This document shows, in pieces, positions 13,675 through 26,621 of a stretch of DNA of 64,000 nt; within the stretch, counting starts at the first letter, position 1, and each line of letters opens with the position of its first letter. The translations under genes were made by a program, and so were the position numbers. Origin of the DNA: Podospora anserina (Eukaryota). The notes under the pieces are model-generated. The model was not told the DNA's origin. It did no database searches and saw only the letters and a program-made list of their open reading frames with translations. The DNA is taken from NCBI GenBank assembly GCA_017654855.1, contig CM030334.1, positions 2,046,001 to 2,110,000 on the forward strand. The letters are read 5' to 3'.

Positions 13675-14964
13675 TCAAGCGCTGAGTCCACCATCGAGGT
13701 TGAGAATGCAGTTATTAGCGTACTGGTTTTTGGCGAGGAAGGAGGCGGCATCGGCGACTTCGTCTGGGGTGCCGAAGCGTTGGAGGGGGATGAGGTTTTG
13801 TAATTTGTCGATGTTGGTCATATCTGGGGGATTTGCGAAAAGTCAGTGAATGTGGTGGGGCGGGGGAGTTTGTAGGAGTAGGATGCATGTGTGTGTTTTG
13901 TTTTTGTGTGTGATTTGCTATTTGGCCTGGCGAAGAAGGGGAGATGGAAAAGGGCAAGGCATGGGACATGGCTTGTGGAGTTTTGTAATCATAACAGCTG
14001 AGAAGATGTTGATCTTTCACAGAGGAATACTGAACAAAATATGAAAAGTAAGAGAGGGGAGAGAGAGGCTTACCTTTTGTCATTGGGGTGTGGATGTATC
14101 CTGGTACAATAGCATTGACTCTTACACCCGACTGTCCGTACTCCATTGCTAGAGTATTTGTCAATCCCAAAACCCCGGCTTTGGTGGCGGCGTAGACTGC
14201 GCTGCCTGTGATTGCTTTTGTTGCCAGCAAGGAAGCGATGTTGATGATGACGCCCTGGGAGCCAGTTCTGTAGCTTCCTGGGTGGAGCTGGGGGGATTCG
14301 GGGGTGATGGGGGTTGTTTCTTCGTCCTCCTCTTCTTCTGGGGTGAGTTTTTGACTTTGGGGGAGCTCGGCTTGTTCGGTGGTGATGTCAATTTCTTGGA
14401 CTGGTTCAGATGATGATGGAGTTGAGGGAGAAGAGAGTTTGGACTCCCAGTGGGCGGCGGCGGCGGCTTTGGCTGAGCGGCGGGCCGCGGTTGTGTGGGC
14501 GATCATGGACTTGCCGATGTACTTGCAGCCGAGGATTGTGCCGAGGAGGTTGGTGGAGAGGAGCTCGTCGATTTCAAACTTGCCAGTGTGAAGGAGGAGT
14601 TTGGTTTGGGAGATGCCGGCTGAGTTGATGAGGATGTCGATTTTGGGCTGGATGGGGTGGGTTAGTGATGTGTGTGGGTGATATGGGGGGTTGGTTATGA
14701 GGGAGGGAACCATACGTGACGTTTTAGGAGGGTTTCCCAGTGTTCTTTGACTGTTATGTTCATGTGGTAGGGGACGTGGAGGGTGGGATTGTTGAAGCCT
14801 ACGACGAGCCTGCGGTCGAACTTGGGCTTTACGCCGGCTTTGCGGGAGGCCATGATGACTTTGGCGCCTTCTTGGGCGAAGCGTTTGGCGATTGCGTGGC
14901 CTATGCCTGAGGAAGCACCGGTTACGAGGGCGATTTTGCCTTTGAGGGGGTATTGAACAGACAT
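13675..14964 (-). CDS. Short-chain dehydrogenase/reductase, 3-oxoacyl-ACP reductase-like (FabG/Oar1)
   Basis: Motifs TGASSGIG, NSAG, YAATK, VRVNAIVPGYIHTPM and IPLQRFGTPDEVADA...LNLDGGLSA*. Introns 14715..14648 and 14073..13824. Confidence 0.88.
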
Positions 14965-15490
14965 TTTGGGGTTTGGGTTGTGAGTTGTGTGATGTTGAAG
15001 AGTGAGCGAGTTGAAGTGTGAATGAGATATCCCACTGAGTGATGTAATTGGTGGTGTATATTTTACGGTATAGTACACTTAATGTGTAATGCAGGGGTCG
15101 AAGTTACGCAAGCTTGTGATTTGGCACAACACACGACTAACTGATCGCCTGTATTGATCTCTCAGAGGGACGGACGAACTGCAAGATAAATTTAGGGGGG
15201 CTGCTGCCAAGGAGAGGCATCCAGGGGAGTTTGCAGACAGAGCTGCCTTTGCCTTCCAAGTTGTTGGATCTGGGACGGAGGAGGAACAAATCGGGTCTCC
15301 GCTGCGACGCAAAACCGAATTGCGACTGGGTTGGCTTTTTTGACTTTTACACGCTCCCGAGGTTTATCGCGATATTTTTTGAAGGGCTTGAGTGCTCTTC
15401 GACGTACGGACACACACATAACCAACCCAAGGATCTGTGAGAACACGGCGAGCGACAACGAATTTATGACGACGGCAACGGACGGTTTCC

Positions 15491-17539
15491 ATGTGTAAAC
15501 CTGCGAACGGCTCGGGCTCGGGCTCAGAGCTCCCAGTTGCCCCGCTACCTGTCAGTGGTGACGAGAAGGCGAAGGATGTGGTGGTGGATGCTGGATTGAA
15601 GAGCCTCGACCATTGTATGTCTCCCGAAGCGCGCGATTGTTTTCTGTCGGGGGGGATATTTGGAGAACAGCATACTTCTTTGTTGAGACGCGACACAATG
15701 TACCTTGAGGGCTTGAAGATGGAACAGGGCCGACGGTCAACCCCGCCTGTCTCTCCGCCATGTCTTCTACACTGCCGGTGGCACAGCGCTACTCGCATTC
15801 GATAGTCACGGGAAACGAGATGCTGACATGTGAATTGTGTAGATCGGCGAGCGCTTCCAAAATGGCGATATTCTTTGCGACAATGCCTCCTGCCGCTCGT
15901 GCGGTGGGAGACACCCTATCTCGCCGCTTTCCAGAATGCCGTACGAACACCAGCTCTCGATAGCTACTTTGCGATCACGGCCAACCTTGGCACACATACA
16001 TTCTTTATGATTGGGCTGCCGATCCTGTTCTGGTGCGGCTTCAGGGGCTTTGGAAAGGGGTATGGACTTTTGCTGCAACCAGGCCACAGGAAATCGCGGC
16101 TAATTGGGGGTATACAGACTCGTTCATATCCTTGCTGAAGGCGTCTTCTTCACCGGCTTCCTCAAAGACATGTGCTCCCTCCCTCGTCCGCTCTCACCAC
16201 CTCTCCAGCGCATCACCATGTCTGGCTCTGCTGCTCTCGAATACGGCTTCCCCTCCACCCACTCCGCCAACGCAGTCTCTGTTGCAGTCTACGCTATCCT
16301 CATGTTGCGAAGTGACCATAACATCTACTCGCCCACCACGACCATTGCCCTCGAAGCCCTTGCTTACTTTTACGCTCTCTCGATTGTTATCGGCCGTCTT
16401 TACTGCGGTATGCACGGGTTTATCGACGTCATTATCGGGTCTATTATGGGAACGGCTATCTCTCTCGTTGAGTTCTACTACGCCCCGGCTGTGGAAGAGT
16501 GGATGTACTCTTCCAACTACGCCGCTCCCTTGATCGTGGCGTTGATCATTCTTGTGCTTGTGCGTGTTCACCCCGAGCCAGCAGACGACTGCCCATGCTT
16601 CGACGACAGCGTGGCTTTTGCCGGTGTGATGATCGGGTTGGAGTGCGGTATGTGGCGGTTTGCGAGGTACTCCCCTTATGCCACTATCTACAACGGATCA
16701 GACGCTACGTTCTCCCTCGCTGCGATGGGGTGGCCCTTGTCTATTGGTCGCGTCGTTTCTGGCGTTCTGATGATCTTCGCCTGGAGAGAGGCGATGAAGC
16801 CAGCTCTGTTGAAGTTCCTGCCTCATTTGTATAGGTTGTTAGAACGTGTGGGCATGTCCCTGCCCAGAAGGTTCTTCGTGCCGGCGAGCGAGTACAAGGA
16901 TGTGCCGCTGCATGTGAGGGATGATAACCTGATTCCGAATGTATCTGATTTTCCCAAGGTGATGAGGAGCATCAGGGGCCCGGGTCGCGGTAGGAGCGTG
17001 AGTATCGGGCCGCAAAGTGCGGCGGATGCGTATGAGACGTTGGCGTATCGCGAGCGGAGAAGGAGGGAGTCTTTGGAGGGTGACAATGGTGGGGTGAAGA
17101 GCAAGGAGAGCTTGACGTCTCTTAGGGAGAGTGCGGCGAAGCAGAGTGGGGTGGATGTTTTTGAGGATGGGGGGAAGAGTTCTGGGGTACAGCAGCAGAA
17201 TGGGAGGGTGGCGGAGTTTGAGAAGATGATGGGGACGGGAACGGTCGTGGTTGCTAATGAGGAGGAGATGCTGCTTGGGGTGGAGGATGAGTTGGGGGAG
17301 AAGGAGGTTTTCTCGAGGCTGGTGAAGCCGAGAGTGAGATATGATGTTGAGGTAGTGACCAAGCTGGTTGTTTACACCGGTATGTTTTCTTCTGCTTGTG
17401 GATGGCGAGGGGTTCTTGTTTTTGGTTTACTAACGCTTGTGCCACCCCAGGAATCGCTTGGTTGGCCGTGGATCTGATTCTCGTCACTTTTGAGATGATT
17501 GGGCTTGGTGCGGGGCACTTGGTGGCGGCGGCACCATGA
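15491..17539 (+). CDS. LCB3: Sphingoid long-chain-base-1-phosphate phosphatase (PAP2; Lcb3/Ysr3 family)
   Basis: PAP2 motifs KDMCSLPRP, EYGFPSTHSANA and GRLYCGMHGFID, plus HPEPADDCPCFDDS and RYDVEVVTKLVVY. Introns 15615..15842, ~16060..16118 and ~17380..17450. Confidence 0.9.
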
Positions 17540-19286
17540 TGAACTTTAGAGGTGAGAAGAGAAATTCTGGAATACACCAACGCCTTTTAATGTTTGCAAC
17601 TTCTCTTTGGCTATTGGCTTTGTAATAGTTCTTGATACATAATGAATGAGGATTTGTGATGATGATGAGCCTTGCGTTTCTTGTGTCTAGGTATCGAGCT
17701 GGTTCTCTGAAAGACCAAGACATGGTCGATTCCACGGGCTCCAGTCAGAGGCTGCCAGAGATCAACAAAGGTCAAGGCGGTCAGGGACGCCCCTCTCTCG
17801 ACCAGTCGGTCAACACCCGCCGGCCGGTGATGGAGAACCCCTGCGGCTCAACTGTGAATGGATGGATCAATCAGCGCCATGTTCTGGGTCCTCGGTGCCT
17901 GGGTTTAATCTAATCTAATCTCCATGTAACCCGATTTGCTGTCACCATCACTTACAGATCTGACTGGAGGAGCTTCGAGAAGCCAAGCTCCATGTTGTTT
18001 ACATCCTGTCTTCGAACCTGCATCAAGTGCATCTCCTGCTTGACTTCTTTCCGCACTTCGCACGATAACTGGCGCATCACCTTTGAGCACATACTATATA
18101 CTTGACGGCATTTACACTACCAGGACTCCAAATGCTTCCGAATCCATACCCCACAAAACAATCTACGTCTGATCTGTACCTGAGCCAAGTGAGGCTGGGC
18201 TGCAGGTCATAGGGTGCTACTGCATGGCACGCAGCACGAGGTTGTGGAGATGGCCGTTTTTATTCATCCCTTCTAGCGTAGCTGGAATGGAGTTTTCTAT
18301 TTTCCAACATCACCACATCCACACACCTCCTTTGCCAACCTGGAAAGCTCCAGCTTCAAGCGCCGAAGCTCCGGCTTTCAGACCCGGCAGTGGCGAAGCT
18401 GGTTTTTGACAGATCTTGCACGTCGCCATGACGTTGGCTAGAACAAAGAGTTTTTCCGCAGTTAAACCGGGGCTCCCAGCTGCATCTGTCCAATCACGTG
18501 CAGAGCTGAAGGACAATTCAAAGTCTTGGCCTACCAGATCGAGTCTAGCCTTGGGGCATGATTTTATGAAGCGGAGGTGTTCGGTGCTGTGTGGCGCTCT
18601 GCCTTTCTCAACCCAGGCAAACCCAAATCGCATTGGAACAGACACCCAACCTCCGCCCCGAGTCGCACAGAAAGTGAGAAAGCTGCCCATCAGCTATTGT
18701 CTTTTTTTGCGCGAAGTATCTGGATGATCATTGTCTGTCTGGACCCCCAAATTCATACGGCGTTCCACCCGACTGGTGTTCACTTACTTAGTCTTTGGAG
18801 AGTCGAGTGCCAAGTTTCAAGTTCAGTGAAGATACAGGGACGATTCCCCCAGCAGGCTGCGCTCGGTCTCTTTCAGCCATCGCAACCGCTGCAAAGCCGC
18901 TGTAACCAACCAAGCACACGCTGTGCAGGGCGTGCTCAGCACCTTTCCCCTTCGGTTATCGCCCACTTTTTACCTTGATCCATCAGCCCAGATTCCGTCC
19001 AGATCGACCCATTCAGCAAGGCAACCTACAGTTTCCCCTTCCCCCAACCCCCTCGGGAATCCAACAAATCTCCCAAGATATCGATCCTGGCCCTGCATCT
19101 GCCATTCTTCGACCCGGCACTTGCTGGCGCCTAGGCGCTTCACCGCTGAGAGATCTCGCTGTGTAAAGCGACGACAAACCGACACACACCGGCCCACTCT
19201 TCATCGCATTCTCCGCTGCTCATCGTCATATCGCAAGAGGGGGAAAACGCTGCAAAAATCAGACGCATGTAGCGTCTTCAGCGACA

Positions 19287-22200
19287 ATGTCCCTCGAAGC
19301 GATTGGCGCTCCGGCGTCTGAGCCTACGATTTTCATGGATGTTAATCCGCCCGTCGTTGTCGTTGCCGTTGCCGACAGCTCAAAGCCCCTTGGTTTAAAC
19401 TCGCCTCCCGACAGCAACAATGCCATGACTCTCGACGGTAGCGACTCGGAGCTCAGCGATATTGACGAGGTTGCCGACAAGCTTGACGGCAAACTTGAAC
19501 TCAACGACGCGATCCAAGACGAAATCAGACTGGAGACGGAGCCTGCTCCTGCTCCTGCAAACGAAACACAACAAAATGAACCGGAGGCACAACCAGGACC
19601 AGCGGTTGAGGAGGCGGAAGATATTGGCGAGGTCCTTCCCGACCACTGGTCCGGTACTGTTCCGGTGTTTAAGCCAACAATGAGGCAATTCCAGGACTTC
19701 AAAGTCTTCGTACGCCTCGCTCCTCCCTCGCCCAATCCAGCTCTGTGGCCCGTGACTAACAGTGAAGTATTAGATGACCAAAGTCGACAAGTACGGCATG
19801 AAGTCTGGAATCATTAAAATCATTCCGCCCCAAGAATGGAAGGATTCGTTACCTCCATATGACGACATGGTGAAGCAGGTCAAGGTGCGCGAACCGATCA
19901 AGCAAGAGATCATGGGATCCAATGGCACGTATAGACAGGTCAACATCCTTCACCAGCGATCCTACAATCTGCCGCAATGGAGACAGCTCTGCGAACAGAG
20001 CGAACACCAACCTCCTGCCAGACGAGGCGAGCGCCGTGCCAATGCCGAAAAGAAGCCATCCACCCGATCACGCGCCGCTGCCAACTCTGGCGCCCCCAGG
20101 CCGGCTGCCGCTCCAGCCAAAAAGCGTGGCAGAGGAGGTAGAGCAACACGCGCTTCGGCCAGGACGGCGAAGAATGAGCCAGCCGAGGAGGAGGAGCGGC
20201 CAATGACACCTGTGTCTCCGGTGCCCGAGAAGGAAGAAGTCGTGGACTCTGTCGAGCAGGACCCCGGTGTCAAAGAGGAGGAACAGTGTGACGAAGATGA
20301 TGGCGCGCCAGCACCGCGTCGGATGGGTTTCTCCAGACAAGGGAAGCCCAAGATGCAATCCGTGTCTGCCCGACGGAAATACGTTCGCCGTGAAGGTTCT
20401 GCCATGATTGACGAGGCCGCGTTCAAGGACTGGGATTATCGGATGGACGTGTCCGACTTCACCCCGGAGCGCTGTGAGGAGTTGGAAAGGATTTACTGGA
20501 AGACGCTCACATATGCCTCGCCACTGTACGGCGCTGACCTTCTCGGTACACTGTTCAGTGAGGATGTCAAGCTTTGGAACCTGAACAAGCTGCCGAATCT
20601 GTTGGATGTTCTGGGTACCAAGGTTCCCGGTGTCAACACTGCTTATCTCTATCTCGGCATGTGGAAGGCAACGTTTGCATGGCATTTGGAGGACGTGGAT
20701 CTCTACAGCATCAACTACCTGCATTTCGGCGCACCAAAACAATGGTACAGTATCTCTCAAGCCGACGCGCGACGATTCGAGGCGGCCATGAAGAATATTT
20801 GGCCAACGGAGGCCAAATCTTGTGACCAATTCCTCAGGCACAAGGGCTTCCTGATCTCGCCTGCTCATCTCAAGCAACACTACAACATTACCGTCAACAA
20901 GTGCGTTTCGTACCCTGGCGAGTTCGTGGTGACGTATCCCTATGGTTATCATTCTGGCTATAACCTCGGTTACAATTGCGCTGAGGCCGTCAACTTTGCC
21001 TTGGACAGCTGGCTGCCAATGGGCAAGATTGCCAAAAGATGCCAGTGTGCTCAGGCACAGGACAGCGTATGGGTAGATGTTTACGAGATCGAGAGGAAGC
21101 TCCGTGGCGAGGAAACCGAGTATGAGGAGACAGAAGATGAGGACGAGGATGAGGACGACGACGACGGTGATATCGAACTGAATGGCGGGCTTCCGAGTCC
21201 CCCTCACAGCCATGGTGTCCGGGTTAGAGCTCCGGGCAGAAAGCGTAAGAGGGGAGCAAACGACAAAGATGGATCGGAGAGAAGAGCCAAGAAGGTTCGC
21301 GTGCGTGTCAAGCCCCATATCGAACCCCCGTGCTGCCTCTGTCCCAACGACATCCCCGGGGCCGAAATCATGTCGACGGACGATGGTCGCAAAGCGCATC
21401 GCATGTGCGCTCTCTACCTTCCCGAGACTTATATCGAGGAAGTCGATGGACAAGAAATCATTGCCAATATTGGAGGTATCAACAAGGACCGCCTGGAGCT
21501 CAAGTGCTTGTATTGCCGTTCCAAGAAGGGCGCGTGCTTCCAGTGTTCTCAGAAGAAATGCCACAGGTCGTATCACGCGACTTGCGCGGCAGCTGCGGGA
21601 GTGTTTGTGGAGGAGTCCGAAGTGCCGGTGTTTGGTGAGGATGGGACTGAGTACAAAGAACAGGCGTTCGAGTTCAGCTGCCGTTTCCACCGGACCAAGC
21701 GAGACAGAAAGGCTCAGGGCGGTGTCTTGGAGGACGACCCGAGAGTGCGGGAGGTGGCAGCTGCACTCAAGCAGAACGACATATGCCAGCTGCAGTACTT
21801 CCGAGGCGAGATCTTTGCTGGTGTGGTGGTGGAGAACCGTGCGGATGAAGAGATGCTTCTTCTTGATGTCATTCCGAATGGGTATGTCAGCCACAGTGTG
21901 AGGCTTGGGAGGACTAAACTAACATTTAGCAGCGATCGAGTTGAGGTTGAATGGAAGTGGCTGCTGCTGCCCGACCCCGCGGATTACCGTTTGCCCAAAG
22001 CTTCGGCCAATGCGATCCCGATGCCGACGTGCAGAAAAGCGAAGCAGGAGATCAATGCCAAACGCGCCGTCGACGAGGTCCCACGAAAGAACGACGAGTT
22101 CGGCACTGGGCTTGTCTGGGCCGAATTCCACACCAGCGATCCCATCAGAAACCGCCAGCAGGTCAAGATTGACTTTGCCAAAGAAAACCAAGTCTGGCAC

Positions 22201-24192
22201 TACCTGGGAAAGACGTCGACAGAAGCCAAGGCTCAGTACACCGAGAACATCGCCAGGCCTCAGCACAATCTCAAGAGCAACTTTTTGGACTCGATTCCCA
22301 AACCAGTCTCGGTGGTTCCCGTGTCTTTGCTACCTCAGCAGGTCCGCAGCAGGACATTCACGGCGGCATACCCAGGCCAGGTTCCGTTTGCTGGCGGATT
22401 TTCAGCCATTTCACACCACGGAACACCGCTGGGACCATTGGCTCCTAAGCAACCAAAGCCATACATGTACAAACCTAAGAACTCTATCGAGCCACTGTCC
22501 CAGCCTGTGCAATTTATGCCGCACAAGTTTGCACTTAACCCAGCTCCGCCGGCGGCACCTTTCATGCAGATGCAGCACCACCAGCTGCAGCAGCAGCATC
22601 AGTACATCCAGCCACACCAGATGCATTACCAGCAGCCCATCCAACCTGCGCCTGCCCCTGTGCAACGGCATCCATTGCCCCCTCCAACTCAACCTCAGCC
22701 TCAGCATACCTTCCAGCAGCAAGTCTTCCAGCTTCAGCCTGCCCCTCCTCCACCTGCTCAGCAGCAGCCGCAACCTCCTCCTCGGCTGCAAGTCAAGCAC
22801 TACCAGCCGCCCCTGAAGGAATCCCGGAAGAAGAGTTCGTCGACATCCTATTCGTCGGAACGTTTCGCGCCCGTCGGAGGTAGTAATGGATTCCCGCAGC
22901 TTCCTGGCTTGACCTGGCCCCCCGCTCACATGAAATCAGGGCAATACAATCAGCCTCCTAGAGACTGGCCTCAATCTGCGGCAGACAGGCCGCCCATGAC
23001 TTTGGCGATGAAGCCCAAGGGTCCTGGAGAGGGGCAGCCGCAGATCCATGCGTACCAAAAGTACGCGTTTTTCCAAGTTCATCACAACAGGTATGTCTTG
23101 CTTTGTGTTTCCGATTTTCATGATTTAGTCACTAATATCTGCCAAAGGGATCCAGTCAGATATCAGACTCCTTATGGGCCAGGAGGAGGCTTCGTCAACG
23201 GCTACGAGCGTAACCATCGCGCATTTTTGATGCAAGCTCAGCAGGCCTTGAACGGAGGCAAGAAGAAAGCGCCAATGAGGACACTTCCTCCCCTGCAGCA
23301 GACCAAGAGCATCCAACCACAAGCTACCCCATCGCCTGGACCAGGTGGTCGGCCACAGGGCGGATACTCATCTCCATATGCGCAGATTCTGCCCCGCCCC
23401 GACACTGCAAGCAGCCAACAGTCGCCATTCACTTTTGACAACTTAAGAACGGGTTTCTCGCCGTCGCCCGTGTCACCCTACCAGCAGCACCAAGGGTTCT
23501 CAGTGCCCACGACACCTGCGAGCTCATCAACGTACGAGATGAAGCAGCCAGTATCAGCTCCACTGCATCCTGCCATCAACCCACAGTACGGGACTTCGTT
23601 CCAGCAACAACCACCATCAGGTGGAAATGACCAAACCAACCAACAGACATGGTCTGCGAGTTCTCAAGTATCAACGCCTGTACCTATCCCCCAGCAGCGA
23701 CCGATAAACTCCGCACCTCCGCCCCCTAAGCCAGCTTTTACCAAGCAAAGTCATAGCCCGATTCCTCTGCCACCGTATGTTAGGCAGATGACAAATGGCC
23801 AAAAGTCATCACCTCTGAGCAAACCACCGGAGCAGGCGGCGCCTCAGCAGACGATGCCGATGCCCCAACCTCAGTACCTGTCGCATACTCCGTCTGGAAT
23901 GTCTACTATGCAAAGTTACTCATATCCTGAGCCTCAGTCTGGACCTGCTCTTGAGAACGGATGGAGACCAGGTTCTGACCCTATGGTGATGGCAACAACC
24001 CCAAGCCCAACGACTCAGGCATCCACGCACTATCAACAAATGTCGACTCCAGAGCAACATCAGCAACAGTCGGCAGACATGACGTATCCTCCACCGCCAA
24101 CACCTGACGGGGATCCGCAGAAAGAACTTACCAAGAGGATAATGCTCAGCCTTAGGCGGGCAAGTCAGCAAATGGGGCCGCTGAACCTGTAG
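19287..24192 (+). CDS. RPH1: JmjN/JmjC histone H3K36/H3K9 demethylase (KDM4; Rph1/KdmA family) with extended PHD
   Basis: JmjN PVFKPTM..F..F...GIIKIIPP, JmjC FAWHLEDVDLYSINYLHFGAPKQWY...YHSGYNLGYNCAEAVNFA, ePHD Cys/His cluster and Q/P-rich tail. Introns 19710..19773, 21882..21932 and 23091..23147. Confidence 0.93.
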
Positions 24193-25394
24193 GGTGGTGT
24201 TGAATGATGTTTCTCTTGACAAGGCTATGTATTTCTGAACTTCTGGCGCGAAGACTGGGCATGGGATGGGTTGAACATGGCAAGGCAAGGTACGGGTATG
24301 ATACTCCATGGCGTTTGTGGCTAGGGTGGCTCCTACCAAATGGCTGGTTGGCATGGAACAAACTTTTGGGGGTCGGAAGAGGGGTAATTCATGCTCAAAT
24401 GAGCTACTTTGTGTTTCTTTTTGCTATGGGTTTTACTTCATCGGTGGTGCATATATAATGTATGATATCATTAAGTCACTTGCTAAGCGGATTGGAGGAA
24501 GCGATTTGTATGTTTTACATCTGGTAAACGAGATGGGAAGTCCAGACTTTGGGAGGAAGAGAGAAATGGACGGGACAGCGCGGTATCTTTTGGGTGTTAT
24601 AGGAGTAGGGGTTAGGGGGGCAAGACTTGTACCCTGTGAAGGGTAATTATGTAGTGTTGAACATGAGGACTAGGGAAGGATTAGTTAAACTAAGAAAGAT
24701 ATCATTGCTCCAATTGTGGTATATTTGAGTCTGGTGGATTATCGTAATGGGGTTGGGGTTGTCGTGTTTGACTTGATGGTGAAGGTAGCTAGACATGGTC
24801 GGATGGCTAGGTACCTAAACCATTACTTGTCTCAAGGTGCCCACTTCATCTCCTGAGCATTGCCCGCTCTTTTTTTCCTTCGTTTTGCAAGCTGTTTTCA
24901 TCTCCTTGTCGTCTTATGGATGACTGCCAGCGTCTCAGCCCTAGTTCTGCATTGCCGTCCTAATCAACATTTGGCCAGATATTCTGACATCTCGTCAGTT
25001 TCGACGCCCCAGCTCCTAAATACTTCAATCACGACCGGCAGTCATCCCCACTACTTGACAGCACCATCCTGCCATGAACAAAGACACAGAACAAGTTCTA
25101 GTGGTTCTGAACAGCACACACGCTCTTCTCTCAACTTGAGCTGAACGTTAGCTGCATCCTTCAACTGAACAACATTTTACATACATTTAAATAATCCATC
25201 ACGCCTCACCACTTCAAGTCCCAAACTTCTGCTCTTCTGACCTCTAGAGAATCTTTCCGCCAAAAAATGAGGCGGCGTCACCCGATCTCCACTCCCCTCG
25301 ACGCCAAAGCAACGCCACCTTCGTCACGACCAGGCCAGCCAGCCTCAGGACCAGACCACACTACTTAGTTTGAGTTTCGAAGCACCATGTTCGT

Positions 25395-25469
25395 GGCGTG
25401 CGTAGTATAGCGGCATTACATTCTGCTCTTTGAGCGAAGGACTCGGCTTCGAATCCTGACCGACGACCA
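25395..25469 (+). pseudogene. Degenerate tRNA-like sequence (tRNA pseudogene or tDNA-like Pol III element)
   Basis: A-box TAGTATAGCGG, near-B-box GCTTCGAATCC, imperfect acceptor pairing GGCGTGCG/CGACGACC, imperfect anticodon arm TTCTGC/GCGAA, ~75 nt long, with a T-run shortly downstream. Confidence 0.6.
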
Positions 25470-26621
25470 CACAGCGTATTTGTGATTTTCAGCGTTTGCC
25501 TTTTTCTTCTTCTTTTTATCACTACCACCACCACCAGCAGCACCACTATCATTAATCATCCCCCAATCAATTTATGCCCAAGCCCAGGTAAATTCCCGTT
25601 TTTCAACAATTGATTTCCCTGCATTTTACGTAAATCAATCAAAGGGACTTCCTCTTACCCCAGATGAGAAGGACTGTAACTATTGCTGTCATTCAGCATT
25701 CCAGTTAGGGTTCAACGCTCGCTAGGTTTTCTCATCTACGTTGCGATTTCCCCTACCCAAAGGGTGCAGAGTACCAACCCGTGGCTCCTCAACTACATGA
25801 TAGCATCTCTAACAGCGACTACTCCCATCTCACACTACTAACCAACCCACCAGCCCAGTGTGTGTTGAAATCGTTGCCATCAAGTAGATGTACATATCTC
25901 AAGGAGGGCGATAGTCTTTTAAGGCTTATCTTGCCCGGAATGACTGACCCCCTCGGTGTCTAGCTCCCTACCTACACAAATACAGACAGACAAAGAATGT
26001 CAAGGGCTGGAAGAGTTGATGATGACGACCATATCGCACACATCCCGGACAACCAGCTTAGAAAAGGGGACATATAACACAGAATATATCCTATCTATCT
26101 ATACCTACTCCAATTTCGTTTTGCTCCTTTCCCCTCGCATCCGTGTTGCTTGTTCCTTTCCATCTCCCAGCTCCTGATAACATCGACTATCCAAGTCGAT
26201 TGCTCACCCCGTTTCAATGTTGATATGTTTCCGAAAAGTTCAAGGGCGGCTGTCTGTATGATCATGAGCTGACCTGAGCGTTGCCAACATAGTCCTGGGC
26301 GATAAACATCAGCGTAGCCAGAGTCCGTAATCCATGCTGTCAACACCACCACCATCAAAGACAATGTTGCCAAACATCAAAATCCCTGTTCGACAACCAA
26401 ACACACCTCATGATACACAATCTCAAAGACAAAACTCTGCCTGGTATTCTTTTCCCTATGCCTATCTGCCTAGCTCCAAAAAACGCCTTAAAACATGAAC
26501 GGGAACTCGGTACAAAAATGCATACACAAATCCCCGCCTCCTCTCCATCGTCATCCATGCTAACCACATTAACAGTGCTACCCCCCAGTTGCCTATCTGC
26601 TCTCCAGCGAGGACATCTCAC

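Noticed and set aside
13824-14073. snoRNA in the unusually long SDR intron
   Set aside because: No convincing C/D box pair with terminal stem and no H/ACA structure could be seen.
20068-21894. 608-aa minus-strand ORF, and similar long antisense ORFs (e.g. 45775..47022, 38553..39548, 9340..10209)
   Set aside because: They shadow conserved genes on the opposite strand, show no motifs, and are explained by codon bias.
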